Shown: positions 31,147-40,794, numbered from the stretch's first letter. The stretch is 64,000 nt of DNA from Gemmatimonadota bacterium (GCA_039588295.1 JBDHAB010000014.1:8312-72311); one strand, 5' to 3'. Numbers and translations are program-made. The notes: a model not told the origin generated them from the sequence alone.

Positions 31147-31836
31147 TTAGGCGCTTTCCAGGTCCGCAAAGACCTCCTTCATCTTCTTGCGCAACTTGAC
31201 GGTGTCCGAGAAAGGATGCTTCTCGTTCCACGTCGCGTAGGACACGTCCGGCAAATCCGCTTTGCCAAACCGCTTGTCCAGGTCTTTCAGGATTCGTTTG
31301 GCGAGTCGCTGGTTGCGAGCGAGATCTTTGCCTTCCGTTTCCTCGAAAGGACACGCCAGGATCAGAGCGCACATCTCCCGAGCGCCCATGACCCAATCGG
31401 CGGGGCAGTCTTTCGGGACATGTTGGATCGGTGCCGTCCCCTTGTTCAGGAGGCCATAGAAATGGTGCTCGACCAGACAGGGTTCCCCGCTGGCGCGCTC
31501 TTCCAGGTTGTCGAGCACGTCCTTGATGGTGGCGACCTTCTCCTCGTAGAATTCGTCACACCACGCCAGATCCCTCTTGAGGGACTCCGGGTCTACATTT
31601 TCCAGCCTCTCGGCCCTTGATCTCTCGTACTGCTCCTTGGCCCGAACCAGAGGATGCTTGGCCGCATAGGCGGCCTCACTCTCCACGTTTTCGTAGGCGT
31701 TGCCGATGTCACCATCGTCGGTCCAGTAGGTACCGCTGCCGAAGTGCATGAACAGGCCATCGAGCGCGCGGGCTCGCGTCCAGTACAGGCTCGGATGGGT
31801 GCGCATCAAATGGCGCACGGATTCTTCGAACGTCAT
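31147..31836 (-). CDS. Hypothetical protein
   Basis: 229-aa ORF; ATGA overlap. Confidence 0.65.
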   Translation of the reverse strand: MTFEESVRHLMRTHPSLYWTRARALDGLFMHFGSGTYWTDDGDIGNAYENVESEAAYAAKHPLVRAKEQYERSRAERLENVDPESLKRDLAWCDEFYEEKVATIKDVLDNLEERASGEPCLVEHHFYGLLNKGTAPIQHVPKDCPADWVMGAREMCALILACPFEETEGKDLARNQRLAKRILKDLDKRFGKADLPDVSYATWNEKHPFSDTVKLRKKMKEVFADLESA

Positions 31837-32237
31837 GGAGCCCTCCGACTACCCACCGCCAGGTCGGCCAGGTCTTTGTGCGGGTCGAGCAGTCGCACGC
31901 GCTCGCCATCGACCTCGACGGTGAACGCTTCGTGAAGCTCGTGAATGATGATCTGCTGGATGGCGAGCCACGCCGTGAACACCACTCCGGTGTCCGGAGT
32001 GCCCGATGCGATGAACCACTCGCGCCCGTACCCGACGCCCTGCTCGGAGAATTCTCCGTTCACATCGGGGCGTTCGAACGAGCAGCGAACGAGCCATCCC
32101 CGCTCGCCATCTTCGTAGTTCATCTCGGTCACCGTCTCCATCGCCCACCCGAAGCGCCAGTCCTCCAGCCGAGTACCGACCATCTGGATGCTCTCCAGGA
32201 GATCCATCAGTTGCGTGCCGTCGGTGATTGCCTTCAT
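31833..32237 (-). CDS. Hypothetical phage protein
   Basis: GYGREW...HELHEAF...DPH motif. Confidence 0.65.
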   Translation of the reverse strand: MKAITDGTQLMDLLESIQMVGTRLEDWRFGWAMETVTEMNYEDGERGWLVRCSFERPDVNGEFSEQGVGYGREWFIASGTPDTGVVFTAWLAIQQIIIHELHEAFTVEVDGERVRLLDPHKDLADLAVGSRRAP

Positions 32238-32911
32238 ACCGGCAACACCCCCGTTACGGGCAACTTCCCCGGCTGCCACAACGGGTCACTGGCACTCAGC
32301 TTCTCGCCGGCTTTGAACTCGGCGTTCACATGTTTGCCTACGAGCGTCGCGAAGAACTCGTTGTCGAACGCCTGCAACGGACGCACGACGACACCTTCGA
32401 CTCGCGGGCCCCAATGGGAGCGCGTCGAAGCGTAGTAGATAACGCGATCTCGTAGCTCGTCCCCGGTGTCGAAAACGCCGACCTGCATCAACGGTGCGAC
32501 GGCACAGTTGAGACGGCCCGCCCACTGATATAGGTACTGCCAGTCGGTCCAGGTTCCGCGCTCGTCGTGACGTGCTCCGATGATGAACAACCGCGGAAAT
32601 TCGTCGCCGACGTACTCGATCGAGTGGACGGCGTAGCACCACTCCGCGAAAATCGAATAACCCTCGGGGATCAAATGCCGAACGTTCGCGTGGTACGCCT
32701 TGAGCTCATTGAACTGGCGTCCCGTCGCGGGTCCCGAATGGGAACGAGCGAACACCTGCTCGTTGGTGAGACAGACGTTGGCGCCGTCCATCTTCTCCAT
32801 GAGGACCACTGGGTAGCCCAGGAACTTGCCCCACCTCTCCATCCGCACGTCGTCGGGCGTCGCGCCCGGCGAGGACGGCAAATGCGCGATTCGCGGAAAC
32901 TTGTCACTCAT
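32234..32911 (-). CDS. RNA ligase family nucleotidyltransferase
   Basis: KFPRIAHLP.SPG..DD, EKMDGAN (motif I), FARSH, EW.YAVHSIEY, EGVVVR, terminal K.V. Confidence 0.85.
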   Translation of the reverse strand: MSDKFPRIAHLPSSPGATPDDVRMERWGKFLGYPVVLMEKMDGANVCLTNEQVFARSHSGPATGRQFNELKAYHANVRHLIPEGYSIFAEWCYAVHSIEYVGDEFPRLFIIGARHDERGTWTDWQYLYQWAGRLNCAVAPLMQVGVFDTGDELRDRVIYYASTRSHWGPRVEGVVVRPLQAFDNEFFATLVGKHVNAEFKAGEKLSASDPLWQPGKLPVTGVLPV

Positions 32912-32986
32912 GGCATAGGAGGCACGGAGCCTCTGCACTTTTTACACAAACCGGGCCCCCAAACTTCACGAAAGAGTAGAAACCCT

Positions 32987-33781
32987 GTGAGCACCAAGGT
33001 CTATACGGCATATCGGGTCCAGAAGGGCGTTGATCCCTTTACGCTGCTTTGGGACCTCAAACAGCGCGGTCAGCTTGAGGCCAAAAAACGCCTCAAGTTG
33101 ATCTTCGACGACATCCTCAACGGCAAAGCGGAGGAAGCTGCCCGCCGAATCCACCAGCAGAATGTGGAGTTCCGCGAGTGGGCCGAAGCCAACGACCATG
33201 AGATCACCAAGGCAAATCTGTTCCCGCTGTTCAATACCTGGGTGGAGGAACACTGCGCGCCCGAGCTCAAGAAAAAGAACGGGGCCGTGATGGCAGTGAC
33301 GCACCAGAAAATCCTGACGGACATCGGACGTGAAGAGGATGCCAAAGGAAACGGTGTGAAAGCGGGTGCCTTCGACATCGACCGATGGATCCACCTGAAC
33401 TACGGCCAGCAGCTCACCAATCTCCAACGGAACCCGTGGGCGCTCGACGTGACGATCACACTGCGTCGGTACCGGACGCGCTACTACATCATCCCGTACT
33501 GCGACACCGCCTGCGCCGTAACGGGTAGCCTCGACTTCCTCGCCACTGACGAACGGCTGGAGGAGTTCGGGTACTGGGACAACTCCGACAAGCCCGACGA
33601 AGTGACCGATCATGAATGGGCTTGGCGAAGTACCGTTTGGAACGATCTCACCAAACCCGAGCTATGGGGTCAGTTCGTCGCGGTCGACGTGGTGAGCTGG
33701 ACCGGCTACGACGCCGTGAGCCCAGCTCTGGAGATCGCACAAGAGCTGGCACGACCGGAGACGCAGGACGTCCCCGAGTGA
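32987..33781 (+). CDS. Hypothetical protein
   Basis: GTG start (MSTKVYTAYR) after a TAGAAA box. Confidence 0.65.
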   Translation: MSTKVYTAYRVQKGVDPFTLLWDLKQRGQLEAKKRLKLIFDDILNGKAEEAARRIHQQNVEFREWAEANDHEITKANLFPLFNTWVEEHCAPELKKKNGAVMAVTHQKILTDIGREEDAKGNGVKAGAFDIDRWIHLNYGQQLTNLQRNPWALDVTITLRRYRTRYYIIPYCDTACAVTGSLDFLATDERLEEFGYWDNSDKPDEVTDHEWAWRSTVWNDLTKPELWGQFVAVDVVSWTGYDAVSPALEIAQELARPETQDVPE

Positions 33782-33838
33782 GATGCGTTTCGTGAAAAGC
33801 GCCCGACGGTAGCTGGCCTATCTGCTCCCCCTCAGTAG

Positions 33839-34009
33839 ATGACGGACAAAGGCAAAGAGACGGACGCGGCGACCAAGGCGAAGTTCGCTCAGAAGTTCCC
33901 GGCCCTCGTACGCAACATCGCAAAAACCGCTGGCGGGGCCCAGGAACAGGCGGACCAATTCGGGGCCAAAGCCGACGCCATCTTCGCGGGCTACGCGCCC
34001 CAAGAGTAG
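33839..34009 (+). CDS. Small hypothetical protein (56 aa, not in track)
   Basis: MTDKGKETDAATKAKFAQKFPALVRNI...; CCTATC motif upstream. Confidence 0.5.
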   Translation: MTDKGKETDAATKAKFAQKFPALVRNIAKTAGGAQEQADQFGAKADAIFAGYAPQE

Positions 34010-34117
34010 AGATCTCCCCTGGGGGTCATGTGACAAATTTCCGAAGGGGCGTTCTTCGGGGGTTCATGGTCTTTCTGCGGACGTCGCGCTCAGTCTCCCG
34101 GCGGTACAAGTGAAGGT

Positions 34118-34306
34118 ATGGGGATGCCCGCACCTTCCCACGGTCGAGCTCGAAATCGGGCGAAAGAGATCGTGGAATTCTGGCGCAACCGAGCATGGCT
34201 CTCAGGTAGCTCGGCACCTCTGCATGTTCATCCGCTCGATCTCGACAAGCTCGAAGAGCTGATCGCGACGGCGCTGATTCCCGAGTTCGACCCCGACGGG
34301 AAGTGA
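34118..34306 (+). CDS. Small hypothetical protein
   Basis: 62-aa ORF with GAAGG upstream. Confidence 0.4.
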   Translation: MGMPAPSHGRARNRAKEIVEFWRNRAWLSGSSAPLHVHPLDLDKLEELIATALIPEFDPDGK

Positions 34307-34307
34307 C

Positions 34308-35045
34308 CTACTCGGTGTCGGTGCCCTTCGTGAGTTCCTCACGCTTGAGCATCGAACGAACCTGTTTGCGCGTGAGAGGGTTCCGACCATCCCACGGAAA
34401 CTCCTTGCTCCACAACAAACCCCATTCGAGGTCCAGTCCTTTGCCGCGCGAGTAGGGCGTCATATCCGACACGGAACGGAAGGTCGTGTCCCCCTTGGGG
34501 TCCACGATGATCCGTGCTCGGGGTTCACCCTTCGTGTAGTAGAAGCCCATGATGCCCGCCGCAGCCTGGTAGATCACGAATTCCTGATTGTACTTGTGAC
34601 CGAGTTGGAACAGGTCCTCGGGACGAACATTGTTTACGAGCAAGGAATCATCAGGAACCAGATTCCACTCACCCCGAAGAGGCGACACCTTGCGGTATCC
34701 AAGCCGGCTCAGATCAGCGATGAGCTGTGCACGCAGGATTTTGTTTTTGTCGCCGGACCCACCTTGATTCGCGGAGATAACCCCGAAGCGTGGACCGTAC
34801 TCCATCAGCTTCGTGAACTCCTTCTGGTCCATCTGTTTCGTGTCTTGCTTCTTGGCCGCGATGACGTAGAGCAGCGGCTGCAGCGAGTCACGAAACTCAG
34901 GACGCTCGTTGGCAAGACGGATGATCCGAGAGGACAGCGCAGTGTCGATCGTCCCGACCACGACTGGGCTATTTTCACGCTTCGTGAAACTCGTCGCGCC
35001 TGGCTCGCGGCCTCCAGGTGAAGTCGGCGTCTTCATCTGCATCAT
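34308..35045 (-). CDS. Protein with DUF3293-like domain
   Basis: FGVISAN...L..LG...GEW...SLLV...LGHKYNQEFVIY pattern. Confidence 0.55.
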   Translation of the reverse strand: MMQMKTPTSPGGREPGATSFTKRENSPVVVGTIDTALSSRIIRLANERPEFRDSLQPLLYVIAAKKQDTKQMDQKEFTKLMEYGPRFGVISANQGGSGDKNKILRAQLIADLSRLGYRKVSPLRGEWNLVPDDSLLVNNVRPEDLFQLGHKYNQEFVIYQAAAGIMGFYYTKGEPRARIIVDPKGDTTFRSVSDMTPYSRGKGLDLEWGLLWSKEFPWDGRNPLTRKQVRSMLKREELTKGTDTE

Positions 35046-35067
35046 GAAAGGCCCTGGGATAGGACGA

Positions 35068-35415
35068 CTACCGCTCCGAGCGACGCACGAGGACCGATCC
35101 TGCGCTGGAAGTGATCCCACTCCTGGGACGCAAGATCGTGACCTCGGGCATCGTAGGGTTCACCTGAACGACCTCCGGGGCGTCTTTCTCGGGCTCTTGG
35201 AGGTGGCCCAGGACTCCCTTGAGGTGTCGAAGGCGCTCGGTCTCCCCGCGAACGTACTGATCTAGCAGACGAATCCCAAGCTCGCGAGCTTGGAGCTCCT
35301 CCTCCAGCTTGGTCCCAGTTCGGTTCAAAGCACCGGTCAAAGCCCGAATTACGGTCTTGAACTCGTGGCCGGCCAAATCGAGCTGAACATGTGGTTTTGG
35401 TATGGCGTGACTCAT
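35068..35415 (-). CDS. Hypothetical protein
   Basis: AAGGAG SD. Confidence 0.6.
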   Translation of the reverse strand: MSHAIPKPHVQLDLAGHEFKTVIRALTGALNRTGTKLEEELQARELGIRLLDQYVRGETERLRHLKGVLGHLQEPEKDAPEVVQVNPTMPEVTILRPRSGITSSAGSVLVRRSER

Positions 35416-35526
35416 CGTGAAACTCCTTTCTTGGTAGATGTGCGGGTCGACCCCGAAGTGTAAAAACGGAGTCCAAAAAACATGGGACAGCTCGACCCCC
35501 AACGAGCCGATCTCCCACTTACATAC

Positions 35527-35598
35527 ACACCGGCACGGCCGGTTCTGTTAACCCCTCCCTCAGATAAACACCGGCACGGCCGGTTTTGATAACCCCTC
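35527..35598. repeat. Two 31-bp direct repeats, each with the palindrome ACCGGC-acg-GCCGGT
   Basis: 35527-35557 and 35568-35598, two mismatches, in a divergent intergenic gap. Confidence 0.85.
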
Positions 35599-35806
35599 AC
35601 TACTAAGGGGGGTGTCACGGGGCCGAAGCGGACATCGACCCTCACCTTTTCAAGGGGGTCAAGAGACCGGTTTCGTTACCGAGGGCTGCTCCCTTTCTCC
35701 TATGTACGCGACAACGCTGAGAATTGCAGACGTGAGGAAAAAACCGTGCCTGGTGGGTAATGTGACTCCAGGCCCGAGGGGGCCGATCCAACAGGAGACA
35801 CACCAC

Positions 35807-36226
35807 ATGCCACAGATCACCATCAAAGAGGCCATCCAGGAAATCGGGAGTCTGACGGACGACAAGCCCATCATCGACATCCTCCGACCATGGATGGCGA
35901 TCACGGGGCTCACGTTCAAAGACGCCCTACACCTGTCACACGGCGAAGCCATCGAGGGGCTGAAAGCCGTCCACAACAAACTCGGTGAAGTACTCGACGT
36001 GCTCGACGAGGACCAGCTTCAAGAAGCTGCGTGTCGGTGCCTCAAGGACATCACCGTGTACGGCGAGATGATGAGTCACGGGGACGTGACCGTGCGCCAC
36101 GGGCAGAATCTCAACTGGGACGGGACGGCGTGGATCTACATCTCCGACCCGAAACTGCGCCAACGCGACTCATCGAAGTCGTACGCCGAAGCTCTGAAGA
36201 TCGTTCGCGAGATCGTCGACAGCTAG
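35807..36226 (+). CDS. Hypothetical protein
   Basis: AGGAG SD; start MPQITIKE. Confidence 0.65.
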   Translation: MPQITIKEAIQEIGSLTDDKPIIDILRPWMAITGLTFKDALHLSHGEAIEGLKAVHNKLGEVLDVLDEDQLQEAACRCLKDITVYGEMMSHGDVTVRHGQNLNWDGTAWIYISDPKLRQRDSSKSYAEALKIVREIVDS

Positions 36227-37260
36227 GTTCGAAGCAGGTCGTAGGTCAGGGCCCACCAAGTGTCCCAGTCCATCACGGTGTCAGCCGGGAGCGCATGCTT
36301 CGTCTTGAAATCCAAAAGGTAGCTCTCGGTCTTGTCACCCATCAGGCCATCGGGCAAACCGTTCGAGCCGGTGAGCCCCTTGGGCCCGTACTTGTGGGAC
36401 AGCAGGAGCCCCTGCACGCGTGCCACGTAGTCCGAGTAGGATCCCCGTAGGGTGTTCAGGTCGATCTGCTCCGGCGGTCTCGGCCACGACACCGGCTCCA
36501 CGGGCGGTGGCTCGACGCCTTCAGCGTTGGCGAGTTCACGGAGACGTTCGTTGTCTCCGTTGAGACGGTTCACGTCCGCGATGCCACTGGGGATGCCAGC
36601 GATGGGCCCAAACTGCCGGTAGTAGTACGCGTAGTCGCCCCCGCCGCTCCACTGCCACAGAGTCCAATTCCAGTAGGGCTCATCAGGCTCGTTCTTCGGC
36701 ATCCGAATCGGGTTCGAATCGGGGTTCGTTCCCTGCGAACTGTACGTGACCTCCCACAACGGCCATGCGTTGAACTGGGTGGTGTTGCTGACCTCGTACA
36801 TCCACACGTTCGGGCCCGTGTAGATCATCCCTTCGCGGCCGGTCTCGTTCTGGAGGACATCGAGGAAGCCCTCGATCCACGGGATGTTGGTGGTGCCGTT
36901 CTCGTCGGTGTACTTTTCGAAATCCAGCGCGGGCTCCAAAAAGTCCTCTTGGATCGAGAAGCCAAACTGCTCGGCAGTCTCGTTCAGAACCTTGGAGAAC
37001 CAACGTCCCTCAGTCTCGCCACCGGAACGCCCGGTGCGATTGTCGGGTCGGGCGAAGTGATAGGCCCCTGCGTAGAAGGAGGGATCAGTCGCCCGGAGCT
37101 CGGCGATCTTTTCCATGTTTTCACGAAATCGAGGATCCTCGTAGTCGGCGCCTTCCGTAGCTTTGCAGATACAGAAGCGAAAGCCGTCTCCTGCGACCTC
37201 CGAGAAGTTGATGTTCCCCTGGTGGTGCGCAACGTCCAAACCCTGAATCAATTCGGCCAT
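36223..37260 (-). CDS. Endolysin: GH25 muramidase plus C-terminal peptidoglycan-binding domain
   Basis: GLDVAHHQG, KATEG, GAYHFARP, LDFE, LWQW; VARVQGLL...DGLMGDKT...DTVMDWDTW. Confidence 0.92.
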   Translation of the reverse strand: MAELIQGLDVAHHQGNINFSEVAGDGFRFCICKATEGADYEDPRFRENMEKIAELRATDPSFYAGAYHFARPDNRTGRSGGETEGRWFSKVLNETAEQFGFSIQEDFLEPALDFEKYTDENGTTNIPWIEGFLDVLQNETGREGMIYTGPNVWMYEVSNTTQFNAWPLWEVTYSSQGTNPDSNPIRMPKNEPDEPYWNWTLWQWSGGGDYAYYYRQFGPIAGIPSGIADVNRLNGDNERLRELANAEGVEPPPVEPVSWPRPPEQIDLNTLRGSYSDYVARVQGLLLSHKYGPKGLTGSNGLPDGLMGDKTESYLLDFKTKHALPADTVMDWDTWWALTYDLLRT

Positions 37261-37294
37261 CAGTCACCGAGGACCGATAGGCGTATAATCAGGG

Positions 37295-37828
37295 ATGGCC
37301 GAACCCGCCGAAAATCTGGAACCCTCCGAAGTCACCTACACCACAGGCGACGCGACGAAGCCCGAGGGGGAAGGACTCAAGATCATCGCCCACTGCTGCA
37401 ACAACATAGGCGGCTGGGGGAAAGGATTCGTCCTGGCTTTGAGCAAAAAGTGGCCGCGCCCCGAGCAGGAATATCGGGAGTGGTACGAGCGCCACGGAAC
37501 TGTGAAATTCCGCAAGATGCTCGGTGCCATGCAGCTCGTCCCCGTCGAGAACGACATCTACGTCGCCAACATCATCGGGCAGCACGGCACCGGGGGCGGC
37601 GAAAAGCCTCCCATCCGCTACGAAGCAATCGGCAAAGGCTTCAAGTTCATCGCGCAGCACGCCATGGCGCACCCCGAGAAGAAGGTCAGCGTGCACATGC
37701 CACGCATCGGGTGCGCGCTCGCAGGGGGCTCCTGGTCAGAAATCGAAATCCTGATCGACCAGTACTTCGTGACGAACGGAATCCCCGTGACCGTCTACGA
37801 CTGGCCCGGCGGGACGTTCAACCCCTAG
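37295..37828 (+). CDS. Macrodomain (ADP-ribose processing) protein
   Basis: GDAT, IIAHCCNNIGGWGKGF, MPRIGCALAGG.W. Confidence 0.9.
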   Translation: MAEPAENLEPSEVTYTTGDATKPEGEGLKIIAHCCNNIGGWGKGFVLALSKKWPRPEQEYREWYERHGTVKFRKMLGAMQLVPVENDIYVANIIGQHGTGGGEKPPIRYEAIGKGFKFIAQHAMAHPEKKVSVHMPRIGCALAGGSWSEIEILIDQYFVTNGIPVTVYDWPGGTFNP

Positions 37829-38133
37829 TCCTTCCAACCGGTCTCGGGGTCCCAACGCTCGTCGGGCTTGTAGGGACCCCACCCCATGATCTCGTTTCGC
37901 TTGTTGCACGCCTCGATGTACGAGGATGCCATGAAGCGATGCAGGACGACGTGCCGCTCCTCGAAACTCAACAGCTTGTGGCCACCAGGCTTCGTCGAAC
38001 ACAGGGAGAGGTTGTTCGGTTCGTCGTCGGGGTCCCCTTTGAGGTATCCCTCGCAGACGAGCCATTCGACCGGTGATCCGTCGTGTTCCTCGGCAAACCA
38101 CCGGTCGAATTCAGAGTAGTAGCGGTCGCTCAT
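37825..38133 (-). CDS. Hypothetical protein
   Basis: ATGA overlap with the RNase Z gene. Confidence 0.55.
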   Translation of the reverse strand: MSDRYYSEFDRWFAEEHDGSPVEWLVCEGYLKGDPDDEPNNLSLCSTKPGGHKLLSFEERHVVLHRFMASSYIEACNKRNEIMGWGPYKPDERWDPETGWKD

Positions 38134-38978
38134 ACTCGATCCCCTCCATCGAAGAAATGGATTCGATCAAGCATCGCCGCAGGAAACCGCTTCTTGGCGA
38201 TCTCCTCGATCTCGGCCCGCTTGTACCGCATGGAGCGGTGACACAACACGAGAGCTTCGCCTTCGAACTTCTCGCAGTGCTCCACCATCTCAGCGATGTG
38301 GGTGTGGCCGAAGTTCCGACACCCTTCGACGTTGTTGAAACCCTCGTCCCAGACGGTGACCTCGTGAACGAGGATCTTGGCCTTGCGGGCGAGCTCCTGA
38401 TTGAGCAGGAACTCGATCTGCGTGTCACCGGGAACAGCGAGGATCGGAGCCGTCTTGGCGTCCGTGATCTCGACTCCATTCTTGCGGAGACGGCCGAGCT
38501 CTTGGCCTTCGACCCCGACGAACTCCGGCTTGATCTTGCGAGTGGTGCGCTCGATGACGTACCCGACCGAGGGTGCACGGTGGATGGTTTCGAGAACCTG
38601 GGCCGTGTACTCCTTGTCGATCTTGATGGAGTCCCCAGGCTTGACGCCCACGACCTCCAATGTGGAGTCAGGATTTCGGTCACCGAACAAGGTGCCCAAC
38701 GTGTTGAGCACAGTCTGGACCATCTCCAGGATCTGCTCTGGCACGTAAACGGTCAGAGGAGTCTTTGCACTCCTGGTGCTTCTCTTCCCCACGATGTGGG
38801 GAAGCGCCATGAAGTGGTCGGGGTGACTGTGCGTGATGAAGAAACGATCAGCAGTCACGCCCGGAAGGACGCAGCCGGCATCGAACACCGAACGCACTTC
38901 GGGGCAGTAGACCGAAGTCTGCACGCCTCCTTGCGCAAACCCCTGTAGGGTCACGCCTGCTACGGTGAATTTCTCCAT
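38130..38978 (-). CDS. rnz: RNase Z-type metallo-beta-lactamase (tRNA 3' processing)
   Basis: FDAG, THSHPDH, H...SVGY, exosite-like arm, GDT, HEVT, GHTH, HRSMRY; directly after a tRNA cluster. Confidence 0.8.
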   Translation of the reverse strand: MEKFTVAGVTLQGFAQGGVQTSVYCPEVRSVFDAGCVLPGVTADRFFITHSHPDHFMALPHIVGKRSTRSAKTPLTVYVPEQILEMVQTVLNTLGTLFGDRNPDSTLEVVGVKPGDSIKIDKEYTAQVLETIHRAPSVGYVIERTTRKIKPEFVGVEGQELGRLRKNGVEITDAKTAPILAVPGDTQIEFLLNQELARKAKILVHEVTVWDEGFNNVEGCRNFGHTHIAEMVEHCEKFEGEALVLCHRSMRYKRAEIEEIAKKRFPAAMLDRIHFFDGGDRV

Positions 38979-39017
38979 GACGGTACTGCACGATGCTCAT
39001 GTAAATTTTACAGGGAT

Positions 39018-39114
39018 TGGTGCCCAGGGACTGGATTCGAACCAACGACGCACGGTGGTTTAGGACCGCCGCTCTACCACGAAGACCCGAAAGTCCTCTC
39101 TGAGCTACCTGGGC
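39018..39114 (-). tRNA. Atypical tRNA with a hairpin inserted in the D-loop; anticodon ambiguous
   Basis: GCCCAGG/CCTGGGC-A-CCA, GCTC/GAGC D-stem around GAGGACT-TTCG-GGTCTTC, TTCGAAT T-loop; anticodon arm GGCGGTCCTAAACCACCGT. Confidence 0.6.
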
Positions 39115-39335
39115 AGGTGAGTCGCTCTTTATACGCCAACCGGTTCACCGGTTCGAGGATCGACCCAATACCACCCGATGAACTCCTCCGGATACATGTA
39201 GCCGCGGGCTCGCTGTTCTGGCGTGGGCCGACGTTTCACGTAACCAACCTCGATCAGATGCTCACGGCACCAGATCGATCTGGGCATCGTTGGGTGGCTA
39301 CATGCTCTGCAAATCCCGGCATTGTGGTGATCCTT

Positions 39336-39411
39336 TGGTGGTCAGACCTGGAATTGAACCAGGGACACGCGGATTTTCAGTCCACTGCTCTACCAACTGA
39401 GCTACCTGACC
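39336..39411 (-). tRNA. tRNA-Phe(GAA)
   Basis: Canonical 76-nt cloverleaf, loop CTGAAAA, CCA. Confidence 0.92.
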
Positions 39412-39611
39412 ATACGGGTGGGACGCCGACCAGCCATTTGGCTGACCGGCTCCGTAAAGGTCTCGGTGTTGCGGACAGGCTTGCTATCGGGTTGCACGGT
39501 TCGGCCGCAGCGTACGCATGTACGACTCCCGTCCTCGGCAGTTTTACTGCCGAGCATCCCGTCGTGGTTGCACGCGTGCGTGCGATCGTAGTGAGTGAAA
39601 ATTAGTGACAT
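39402..39611 (-). CDS. Small Zn-finger-like ORF between the Phe tRNAs
   Basis: CNH...CVRCG; the stop lies inside the tRNA 5' end. Confidence 0.35.
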   Translation of the reverse strand: MSLIFTHYDRTHACNHDGMLGSKTAEDGSRTCVRCGRTVQPDSKPVRNTETFTEPVSQMAGRRPTRMVR

Positions 39612-39629
39612 CGTTCTGTTCTTTCGACT

Positions 39630-39707
39630 TGGTGCCTCGGGACGGAATCGAACCGCCACCTTCCCGGCTTCAACGGGACGCTTGCGTACCAAGTCAGCTT
39701 CCGAGGC
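39630..39707 (-). tRNA. tRNA-Phe(GAA), variant
   Basis: TCCCG-TTGAAGC-CGGGA, atypical D-arm, CCA. Confidence 0.8.
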
Positions 39708-39763
39708 GTGCAGATATGGCTTAGGCCGGGACGGCTCGCTCCAACAGGAACAAGCAGCCTCGG

Positions 39764-39928
39764 CTAGCTAAACTGCACGCCAACGGCGTTTTTGGGGTGC
39801 GTGACGGGATTTGAACCCGCGACCTCTGCATTCACAGTGCAGCGCTCTACCTGCCGAGCTCCACGCACCATAGGATGGTGATGGTCTTCGCCCTCAGAGA
39901 GGGGCTCGGTATGGAGTTGCGTCAACAT
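39764..39928 (-). CDS. Putative His/Phe-sensing leader ORF reading through tRNA-His
   Basis: MLTQLHTEPLSEGEDHHHP...QFS*; HHH ends 5 nt before the tRNA-His 5' end. Confidence 0.55.
   Translation of the reverse strand: MLTQLHTEPLSEGEDHHHPMVRGARQVERCTVNAEVAGSNPVTHPKNAVGVQFS
39793..39869 (-). tRNA. tRNA-His(GTG)
   Basis: Cloverleaf with G-1:C73, loop CTGTGAA, CCA. Confidence 0.92.
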
Positions 39929-39947
39929 GGTGAACCTTGAGATGGGC

Positions 39948-39975
39948 AGAATACTCGTGTGAGACGCCCTGTCAA
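39948..39975 (-). promoter_or_regulatory. Sigma70-like promoter of the His/Phe tRNA unit
   Basis: TTGACA-16 nt-TATTCT. Confidence 0.6.
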
Positions 39976-40024
39976 GAGGAGATGTTCAAAAACAGGCCCC
40001 GACCGGTACGATTACACAGAGGTC

Positions 40025-40399
40025 ATGCGGAACTTCGTCTACTGGAACATCTACGACAAGGTGTTCACCGTCCAGAACCGAGAGACCGGTCGAGTACGTC
40101 GGCACACCCCGAACATCACCCTCCGAGATGTCGATTTTGAGATCGACCAAAAGGAGCGGGAGCGGATGCTCAGAGAAAATCGGAAGACCCTCCACGCCGG
40201 GGTCCGGGGGGAGATCATCCCAACCGACCCGGAAAACCTAGAAGGCTGGACACAGGTGATCTACGACCCCGGCAGACACACCACCTTCGTCACCATCGAG
40301 GACGAGAAGCCGGTGTTCAGAGCCGAGCTCGTGCACATGTTCGTGAAGAACCAGCGAGCCCAGGTCTACGCGAAGGGCCTCACCTACGAGTTCGTGTAG
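40025..40399 (+). CDS. Hypothetical phage protein
   Basis: GAGG SD; start MRNFVYWNIY. Confidence 0.65.
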   Translation: MRNFVYWNIYDKVFTVQNRETGRVRRHTPNITLRDVDFEIDQKERERMLRENRKTLHAGVRGEIIPTDPENLEGWTQVIYDPGRHTTFVTIEDEKPVFRAELVHMFVKNQRAQVYAKGLTYEFV

Positions 40400-40717
40400 C
40401 TCGCCTTCGGGCGACACTTCCACATCACGTCACGCAGGAGGTGGCGTCGAGTGGGCCTCGTGGTGCATGCCGGGCACGGAGAGGAACGTCCGGCGCTATG
40501 GTGTATGACGAGCTCGTCATCGCAGCGCCAACAGACGACACCCGGAGGGGATGCCATCTCCTCCGGGTGTTCGTAGTCATCCATGAAATTGGCGGCCCGG
40601 GATCCCGTACAAGGTTGGGCGTCCCCTAGCCCCGAGCGGCCCTCGACATTCCCCGCAAGCCGTCGCCTGCGGGTTCCGTCGGGAGCATCGTGGGCCTCCC
40701 TGGCCATATTGTGTAGG

Positions 40718-40794
40718 TGGTAGCGGGAACGAGATTTGAACTCGTGACCTCCGGGTTATGAGCCCGGCGAGCTACCTGACTGCTCCATCCCGCA
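40718..40794 (-). tRNA. tRNA-fMet(CAT)
   Basis: Unpaired 1:72, GGG/CCC anticodon stem, CTCATAA, CCA. Confidence 0.9.

Noticed and set aside
33818..34036. Minus-strand 72-aa ORF
   Set aside because: The plus-strand ORF 33839-34009 has better composition and an upstream motif.
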